NCBI GenBank assembly: GCA_038888155.1
Contig: JAWAJB010000032.1
Location: 1 to 11,850, forward strand
Length of the DNA stretch: 11,850 nucleotides
Source: Desulfurococcaceae archaeon
GTDB taxonomy: Archaea > Thermoproteota > Thermoprotei_A > Sulfolobales > Desulfurococcaceae
Direction of reading: 5' to 3'
Numbering within the stretch: the stretch's first letter is position 1; each line of letters opens with the position of its first letter. This document shows positions 1 through 7,300 of the stretch, one piece after another. The position numbers were made by a program, and so were the translations under genes. The notes beneath the pieces are model-generated. The model did no database searches. It saw nothing but the letters and a program-made list of their open reading frames with translations, and was not told where the DNA came from.

Positions 1-216
1 CACGGGAAGCTCCCTCCTCAGAGCTAGGCACCTAGCCTGGATACGGCTCTACCATCACTTGGAGCTGAGCCAGTTAGCTCTTCCCAAGCTAGAAGCGTGA
101 ATAGATAAAAGGTGGGTAGAACAGCTCTGACTCATTATGTGCCCTACGGCTTCAGGAACGTAATTTGAGCCGATAACTATAGATAGGCCCAGCGAGCCTC
201 GCTAACCTCCAAAGCA

Positions 217-618
217 TTAGAGAGTTACCGGCTTGATGCGCGTTAGACCGGGTACCTTTCCGTAGGCTTTGTCGAAAGAAATAATTTTACTCTAGGTTCA
301 GCGCGGTCGCGGCATAGTGCGAGTCAAAGAAAAACAGGTTGAGCGTCTGCCTCAAGTACACGCTCGTAAGCACTACGTCAGGTGTTAGTGCCACGTACTC
401 CACGTTCGGTAGTGCAGCGAGAGCAGCTAAGTCCTTCAGGAGCCTACCCTCCCTCTTCTCGCTCCTGCAGATGGGTTCCACTCGAGTTGGCTGATGCTTG
501 AAATCTCTACGCGGAGTTCACCCCTCCTAAGTTTCTCGAATATCCCCTCAGCAATTTCGTGGTTTGGGTTGTACTCGTTCAAGTATGCGAAGATTACGTT
601 GTTCTCCAGTAGGGGCAT
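217..618 (-). pseudogene. vapC: PIN-domain (VapC-like) toxin, split by two frameshifts
   Basis: Three minus-strand frames join into one ~130-aa PIN protein. The first is MPLLENNVIFAYLNEYNPNHEIAEGIFEKLRRGELRVEISSISQLE (from ATG at 618). A shift at ~480 leads to (M)EPICRSEKREGRLLKDLAALAALPNVEYVALTPDVVLTSVYLRQTLNLFFFDSHYAATALNL. A shift at ~289 leads to KIISFDKAYGKVPGLTRIKPVTL* (TAA at 217-219). The 'S..E', 'FDSHYAATA' and 'IISFD' segments are typical PIN motifs. Confidence 0.85.
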
Positions 619-624
619 GAAGTA

Positions 625-859
625 TCATCTCAGTGCCTCCTCTTCAGCGATGAGCTCGGCTTGCTTTCTCAGTTCTTTAAACGACTTCTCAGTGTTGAAC
701 GCGCCGTGTAGTGCTTTAAACGGGTCTGAGGGTATGGGGACTATTTTGATTTGAGATAATCACCGGTATTTATGACCAGAACCTTTTTCCCAATACCTAG
801 GGGGATACTCTAACCCGCTTCGGGATCGTCAACCTGCTGTCAAGCTCCAGTATGCTCAT
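625..859 (-). pseudogene. AbrB/MazE/SpoVT-type antitoxin (VapB-like), split by two frameshifts
   Basis: The ATG at 859 reads MSILELDSRLTIPKRVRVS. A shift in the C5 run (800-804) leads to LGIGKKVLVINTGDYLK. A shift at a tandem TCAAA duplication (~746-755) leads to IVPIPSDPFKALHGAFNTEKSFKELRKQAELIAEEEALR* (TGA at 625-627), which ends 6 bp before the PIN start. The 'LD...RLTIPK.VR..LGI..KV.V.....L.I.P' pattern is the AbrB swapped-hairpin signature. This gene is not in the ORF track. Confidence 0.8.
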
Positions 860-871
860 CTCATCTTAATA

Positions 872-889
872 ACATTGAATTCAAAATGT
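872..889. promoter_or_regulatory. Palindromic putative autoregulatory operator
   Basis: A perfect 10-bp palindrome TTGAATTCAA (875-884) lies within the near-palindrome ACATTGAATTCAAAATGT, between the TATA box and the antitoxin start. Confidence 0.4.
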
Positions 890-890
890 G

Positions 891-910
891 GGATTTAAAC
901 TTTTATCGCT
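891..910 (-). promoter_or_regulatory. Archaeal BRE/TATA promoter of the antitoxin-toxin operon
   Basis: The minus strand reads AGCGATAAAAG-TTTAAA-TCC: a purine-rich BRE followed by TTTAAA (894-899), ~35 bp upstream of the ATG at 859. Confidence 0.6.
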
Positions 911-1148
911 TTTCCAGTGGTCAGAACCTAAGCGTTAGCACTTCGTCTACCGGCCTGAGTACTTTCGAGAGGAGAGCTTAACCTTAGACGCGTAGAGGTG
1001 TTTTCCAGAGCTGGAAAAGCCTCGAGAAATCTGGCCCTGGTATAGCTGGAAACCCAGATACTCTCGACAGGGAGACTGCGCTTTTCCTAAGCCTTTTCTC
1101 GCTGTGAAGGAAGTTACTACCTGGCGAATCCCGATGCCTCTTTAGCGA

Positions 1149-1244
1149 ATCGAAGCCGGAGTTAACGAGAGCTGAACTCACAATCTCCCTACCGCCTCTG
1201 AGGAACCTTATCCTCAGCTCCGCTCTTACCGCAACGAGGGGCAC
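1149..1244 (-). pseudogene. N-terminal fragment of an archaeal retropepsin/clan-AA aspartyl-protease-like protein (N-S-G variant)
   Basis: The first ~32 codons of ORF 984..1244 read (M)PLVAVRAELRIRFLRGGREIVSSALVNSGFD. This matches the 'V..RI......E....ALV[DN][ST]G[FY]' pattern of this fold. The remainder of the ORF loses any resemblance, which suggests truncation. Confidence 0.4.
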
Positions 1245-2241
1245 CCCTCTTGATGGGGTAGTTATGGCCGAACCTACCCCTCAGCCCACTAGTGCCCGCG
1301 AAGTCCCTCTAGGCTCGCTTTTTGTGATTAATAGTTGTACGTGCGGGCTGGCTTAAAAACGCGAAGTCTTAACACCTCTTTAGCGCTCAATTTCCTGCAA
1401 GCTGCGGGGGCTCTCACACCAGTTTCAAATTCTTTCATACCGCTGATCGGGCTTCCCGTCAGCTCGACGTAGCTGTTCATACGCGCAACAGGCTGGGTAA
1501 AGTCTCGATCACCGGCTGCTGGAGCTTAGGGATCAGAGTGGGTGGAATAAAAACTCCTTTACTCCTATTTTTGCCTAAAGGTGGAAGCAGGAGGTTAGGG
1601 GCTTGGTATGGAGATAATGAACGCGGTACTTCGAGGTCGGACTGGGCTCTGCACTGGGATCTCAGTAAGGCTAGAGATACCAGTGGGGGCTATCCTCGCC
1701 ACGGATGGAATGATGTACGCCGCAAAGGAGTTTAGGCTTTTCGGCTTGGCCTACTGGCCGATTTCAGCCTGTTCCACGATAGCCCCTGCTCACTCCTCGA
1801 CTCCGCTGGCATCGAAAAGCCGTACGTTGACGAACAGCTGATTGAGGAGGGAGCGGGGGCTCGAGCTTTTAAGGGTGCAGCCGAGCTTAACTCGCTAATC
1901 AGATTGATCTCAACGAAAATGTGGCTGGCTTCCAAGGCGGGTACTACTTCTCCTCCGAAACCTTTACCCCCTAGGCACTAAGGATGTGTCAATTCTCGTC
2001 GGAGCCAGAGGATGTGAGAGCATGGCTTAACAGCAAGGGGATGGCGCCCTCAGCGACACAGGGAGCTAAAGGTATCAAGAGTCCATTACTGGTTTCCAGC
2101 ACACCTGCGAAAGAGGGGGAACGAAAACTGCTAAGTACTAAAAAATAGGATCCAGCGCTCAGCTTCGGCTTGTACAAGAGGAACGCGAGCAAGAGGCTGA
2201 GTACCTCTGTGGCAAGTTGATCTGGGTAGCATAATTATTTG

Positions 2242-2274
2242 AAAGTAAAAAAGAAAGAAAAGGGGAAGAAAAGA
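2242..2274 (-). terminator. Oligo-U/pyrimidine-rich archaeal terminator
   Basis: Immediately after the TAA at 2280, the minus strand reads TTCTTTTCTTCCCCTTTTCTTTCTTTTTTACTTT. Confidence 0.7.
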
Positions 2275-2279
2275 ATCCT

Positions 2280-4301
2280 TTAACCTCCTGCCACTCGAGC
2301 AATGAACTCAGGGTAGGCGAAGGTGAAGAAGGCTATGAAAGCCGTGATTATGACTATAGCGCCATAGCCAGCGCAGTAACCAGCGGAAAACGGTATCACG
2401 TACTTATCATGCAGCCTAGCACCACCAATTCTTATCACTATGAACTTTAGGAGGAATGCTACTAGCCACGTCGGCCACCACCAGTGGGGGAGTACCATCA
2501 TCCCTATCGGGTTCAGGAAGAACCATGGGAACCTTAACCTAGCCCAGTAAACGAGGAAGGTGAAAATAACCGCTGCAGCTACATAGCCGATCTCCTCCGT
2601 TAACGGGATCGGTGGTGGAGTACCGTAAGAGAAACTCCATGGACCACCAAGGTTCCACACGTGGTACTCGATCGCTCTACTCCTAGCGTACCCCCCAACG
2701 TACGCGTACCACCACGGCCACGTCAAGTACCCAAATATCGAGGTTGTGATTATCGTTATCAGCGAAACGATAAGGACGTCCCTAGCTAACGTTTTCGTAT
2801 TGGCAGCCAGCCTATATGATTTGAAGTGATGATGCATAGCGAGCGAAGACATCCTGGCTCCGCCCATACCAAAGCTGTAGTAGAACGCCATCCCGGGTAG
2901 AGCCCTAGGGTCGGGTGCCGGACCCCACGCACCAACCGCTTGGCCTATACCATATGCAAGAATGTTATAAAATGGTACGCTTGGCATGAACTCCTGCGCC
3001 TCACCCATCATCCGTGTCCAGCCCCACATAAAGAGCACATAAAATGGCACTATAACCACTGCAAAAATGGGGTTGACACCCCCTGCGACCATTAAAGCTA
3101 CTAACACTATCCACGCGAGTATACCACCCCAGACGATAAGGCGATACGGTACTCCCTCCTCCTCTGCCGGAGCCTTACCTCCGCCTCTAAACCCGGCTCT
3201 AAGTACGCTTAGAATATGCTGCCTGTAGTTGATCAGCATCCAAAGGCCGAGGCCTATCGATAAGTGCCATGAGAACCTCATCCACTTCCACGGGCCAACA
3301 GTCCAAGCGAACTCAGTGCCAGTTGAGCCTGGAGTGTAAGGCAGGAAGCCTGCCCTTACGCCGATCGTCTGGTAAAGCACACCCCAGATGAACCACCAAA
3401 GCACGGCTGTCGCTAACACATCGAGCGACATAAACTGCCCAACGAATACGTCTGTGATGTATAGGGCACCTGCAAACGTTGCTCCGGGGAGAATTCCGCT
3501 CGTAATTGCTAGCAAGTCTACTGGGAATTGATGTATGTACCAGAGCCATGGGGAGGGTAAAAAGGCATTTATCACTATTGGGGCACTAGATAATGCTCCC
3601 ACAAGGAAACCGATCCAGAAGATCCTTGTGTCTAACGAAGCTAAATTGAAAAGTCTTCGCCTCTTATCCTCGTCAATTGTGTAGTAACTTTCCACTATGT
3701 AGACTGTCGGCATAATACCGGGGAATGGCATCCTTTCCACTTCTATGAGGGGTTTCCGCAGGGGGAAGGCCCATAGAAGGCCTCCGCAGAACAGTGCTAT
3801 TGCCCAAATCATCCAGAAAACCATCGAGGGGAGCCACACGGCGAAATTAAAATGACCACCGTAGTAGAAGGCATTTAACTGATCCTCTGCTAGCGGCGCT
3901 ATATAGCTCGGGAATAGTTTCCTGTAAACTGCGCTGTAAGGCTCCATAAGATTCCCGAAAATGAAATGCGCGTAGTTCCAGGTTATAAGCGGTACACTCG
4001 TCCAATAATGCAAGCCGTAACTAACATACATGCTGCCAGCAGTGATAAAGTTGATAACTGTGAATAACGTCATTTCCTGCGGCGATATAGAAACCCTCCC
4101 CCTGGTAGCCTTCTCAAGCGCATAAAAGAGTATCAAGTACCATATCATGGGCAATGGTATTATGGCAGGCCACAGCCACCAGCGTCCAAGGCTCTGCATC
4201 CAATTGTTAAAGAAGAAGGCGATGGGAGGGAAGATTATCGCATAAGCGATAATCCAAGGCTTCAACCCAGAAACCCGTTCAACAGCTTCACGCGCTCCCA
4301 T
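2280..4301 (-). CDS. OPT-superfamily-like polytopic membrane protein (resembles the DUF6785/DUF6784-type putative peptide transporters)
   Basis: Intact 673-aa ORF that is hydrophobic throughout, with many candidate TM helices. It carries IEVERMPFP (cf. the OPT 'L.FP' motif), ISPQE near the N-terminus and a C-terminal RLRFPWFFLNPIG...AFLLKFIVIRIGG. It has an upstream TATA box and a downstream terminator. The DUF assignment is from recall and needs a Pfam check. Confidence 0.8.
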   Translation of the reverse strand: MGAREAVERVSGLKPWIIAYAIIFPPIAFFFNNWMQSLGRWWLWPAIIPLPMIWYLILFYALEKATRGRVSISPQEMTLFTVINFITAGSMYVSYGLHYWTSVPLITWNYAHFIFGNLMEPYSAVYRKLFPSYIAPLAEDQLNAFYYGGHFNFAVWLPSMVFWMIWAIALFCGGLLWAFPLRKPLIEVERMPFPGIMPTVYIVESYYTIDEDKRRRLFNLASLDTRIFWIGFLVGALSSAPIVINAFLPSPWLWYIHQFPVDLLAITSGILPGATFAGALYITDVFVGQFMSLDVLATAVLWWFIWGVLYQTIGVRAGFLPYTPGSTGTEFAWTVGPWKWMRFSWHLSIGLGLWMLINYRQHILSVLRAGFRGGGKAPAEEEGVPYRLIVWGGILAWIVLVALMVAGGVNPIFAVVIVPFYVLFMWGWTRMMGEAQEFMPSVPFYNILAYGIGQAVGAWGPAPDPRALPGMAFYYSFGMGGARMSSLAMHHHFKSYRLAANTKTLARDVLIVSLITIITTSIFGYLTWPWWYAYVGGYARSRAIEYHVWNLGGPWSFSYGTPPPIPLTEEIGYVAAAVIFTFLVYWARLRFPWFFLNPIGMMVLPHWWWPTWLVAFLLKFIVIRIGGARLHDKYVIPFSAGYCAGYGAIVIITAFIAFFTFAYPEFIARVAGG

Positions 4302-4383
4302 CGTCTCTCATAAATCAAATATGTGACCCCTTTAAATATTTAACTCTAGAAAACTTAAAATAGGAATAGAGCCATTCCATCCT
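4302..4383. promoter_or_regulatory. Divergent promoter region with back-to-back TATA boxes
   Basis: 82-bp AT-rich gap. On the plus strand, AGAAAA-CTTAAAAT (4348-4361) is centred ~27 bp upstream of the GTG at 4384, with no SD, consistent with a leaderless mRNA. On the minus strand, TTTAAA (4336-4331) lies ~30 bp upstream of the ATG at 4301. A 12-bp palindrome TTAAATATTTAA sits at 4332-4343. Confidence 0.7.
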
Positions 4384-7300
4384 GTGAGAGGTGTTAAAGA
4401 AGAAGTAGTACAATGGTTGCTTATTGCGACATGCGTGCTAATAGCCACATCACCCTTGGCGGACTCGATTACGTCACCTTTGATAAGCTCGGGAACTCAG
4501 ATTAGAGAATATAGGAGTCTTTCCGCTGACGATTTCAAAAAAGTTATCAATATGATTGATTATGACAACATTTTTAAACATATATCCTCTCTTGTAGCAT
4601 ACGAATCCCGTGTAACAGGTTACGAAGGTTGCGAAAAAAGCGCAGAATACATCGCGAACATTTTTAAGACTCTTAATTTAACGGTGGAAATCCAGGAATA
4701 TAAGGTTCTATCACCAATCGATAAAGGTTCGGCAATACTCTATTCCGAGAACGGTAGCGTAAATGAAATCCCTGCGTATGCTATTTGGCCCAATTATGTT
4801 GTAACGGGTTTCGTCCCCTCTTCAAAGCCGATCAGAGGAAGGCTACTCTACGTCGGCAAAGGGGATCTAAAAGACTTTAATGGAGAGGAAGTAGAGGGGA
4901 GTATTGTATTGATGGACTTCAACAGCGGAGACAACTGGAAGAATGCCATGAAGCTCGGAGCCAAAGCAGTTATATTCTTGGAGCCGATGGAAACATCATA
5001 TAGGGAAGCCATATCGAAGTTCTCGTTAATCCCGGTGCATTTCCCAAGGCTGTACGTTCAGCGGCGGTACGCAGCTAAATTACTGGAACTCGCGCTGAAG
5101 AGAGCAGAAGTAGAAGTTTACTCAAACATGAAGTGGGAAGAGGTTACAGCTAAAAATGTAATCGGGATAATCGAAGGAAGCGAGCGTCCGAACGATGTTA
5201 TAATCGTGGCGGCTCACTACGACACATGGTCGGTCGTACCTAAGCTCGCGCCAGGAGCTGACGAGGCGGTCTCAGTGGCTAGCTTGCTCGAGCTAGCTAG
5301 AATTTTCTCCATCTTGCGCCCAAAGTATACTATCTGGTTCGTCGCTCTCTCAGGTCATTGGTTAGCTCTCGCAGGGGCGAGAGAGTTTGTTGAAAACTAC
5401 TTTTTCGACTGGAGCGTCTTGAACGGAAGCAAGAAACTATGGGCTTTTATAGCTCTGGATTTCTCGACTGATAGCACCAAGCTTAACCTCCTGTACGCTG
5501 GACACTTTTATGAGTACACAGGTGGTGCGATAACTCCAATTGAAACAAGGTGGACAAGGTGGCTTGAGCCGAAGATTTTCAGGGAAGTTCTCCCGCGACT
5601 CGAGGAAGCTACTGGGAGGAGGTACGACGTTGAATCCGGGTTTATGGGTATCTATGGGTGGTGGGGCTCGGTGTACGGCCCCTACATGTTGGACAGTGAG
5701 CCGTTCGCTATAGCCCACGGTTTAGGCTTCGCCATTAGAACGGTAGGTTTGAGAGAACACTGGGGTCATCCTCTTAGTACGGTTGAAAAAGTTCAGCTGA
5801 AGAACCTCAAGCCCCAGCTGGAGGTTGCAGCTGCCATAGTCTTCGCGCTGGCTGAGGAAGGCGTGGGCATGAGATGGGAGCATGTGTCACCAGCGAGAGC
5901 TTTGTACGTTGCTGGAGGGGCGGAGGTAGCAGGTTACATCACATTACACGGGAGGGTGCTACAGTTTAACTATAGCAAGGGATGGTACGACCCCGTACCA
6001 AACGCTATAGTTGCTATATTGAGAGGGGGCCCTGGGTACACGTCGTATCCGTTTTCCAGAATCCTTGTGAAAAGCGACGAGAAAGGTGAGTTCATAGTTC
6101 ACGGCATAGGTGGGCTCTTCGCGGTGTCTCACGCCGGTTGGGGTGGTGCACAGATATACGTTGAAGCTTACAAGATTGATGATGAAACCGGTCTCATAGT
6201 TTATGCCCCTGACCTCGGGCAGTACGGCCAAATGCAGATACCCTTCTACTACCAGCCAGATAGACATCCTTTCAACGTCTCTACAGTGGTTTTCGAGTGC
6301 TCTTCAATCGTTATTTTTGACGTAGGCGCTCCAATGATGTTAGCTCCAAAAATCTTCTTCGACCCTCGTTTCGAGAGCTGGCACTATGGTGCATGGCATT
6401 CGATTCCATTCTTAATCCAAGTATTGGACTTTAACACGCTTGGGCCCTTCTTGAATTGGGGATCCTCCTACCTCCCATTTGACGACATAGCTGTTGTTTT
6501 TGTTCCCCCGAATTCACGGGCAGCGATCCTCTATAAGTTAACAGCTGCATATAGGAACGTTGGCATTCTGGTTAACGCCTCTGAGTGGAGCCCAGAGGGC
6601 GAGGGGATACATGTAAGTGAGAGAACCCAACTGGTGATACCCTTGACCGCTTATAGGTTCGCCGAGGAGGCTTATTTACTGAGCTTAAATCGTTACAGCA
6701 AGCTAACGTCGAGATTCGTGCTAAGCTACGTGGCTGAGCAGCACCTTTCGGAAAGCTCTAAGTGGCTTAATGAAGCTAGGAAAGCTCTCGCTGAGAGAAG
6801 GTACGATGCAGCGTACACTTACGCTAAGTTAGCGTGGATACGCGCGTTTTACGCTTATGAAGAGGTCATGAGGCTGTTGTATGATACCGTCAACGTTAAC
6901 TCTATTTTCCTAATTGTAGCGGTAATATTTGCGGCATTATTCGAAACTCTTGTAATAGGGGCTTCGGGAAAGAGTAAAATGGTGAGCTTAACGGTAATTC
7001 TTATAACGTTGATCATTCTCTTTTACTTCGTTCATCCGGCACCTCAAGTAGCATCTGTTTATTGGATGGCGCCCTTAAGCGTTGGCATACTGCTTCTGCT
7101 CTTGTTTGTTTCACTTCTCTTCATGAGCAGAGCAAGAGAAATAACTTTAAGTTACAGAGAGGCCCTTGCCGGAAAACACTTTTTCGTGGAAGTTTCCAGG
7201 GTAGATCTAATGTTAACGCTTTTTTCAACATCTATACAGTTTATGAAAAAGAGGAAAATTAGAACCATTTTGACTTTAATTATTGTTGTTACGGTAATAT

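Noticed and set aside
2-100. Open plus-strand frame from the window edge (TGSSLLRARHLAWIRLYHHLELSQLALPKLEA*)
   Set aside because: It could be a gene 3' end but is too short and motif-free to support.
494-754. 86-aa plus-strand ORF
   Set aside because: It is the antisense shadow of the antitoxin/PIN pseudogenes, Ser-rich and without motifs.
1255-1280. Hairpin GGGGTAG-N12-CTACCCC
   Set aside because: It is an isolated 7-bp stem with no U-tract, tRNA fold or C/D-box context, and is plausible by chance.
1422-1446. Minus-strand TCAGCGGTATGAAAGAATTTGAAAC, resembling the 3' end of crenarchaeal CRISPR repeats (…GAATTGAAA[CG])
   Set aside because: It is a single imperfect copy, with no second repeat at spacer distance and no cas genes in the window.
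1538-2192. Short ORFs 1538..1735, 1608..1841, 1732..1935 and 1989..2192
   Set aside because: The first three overlap one another, none has a recognisable domain or clear promoter, and they are treated as debris.
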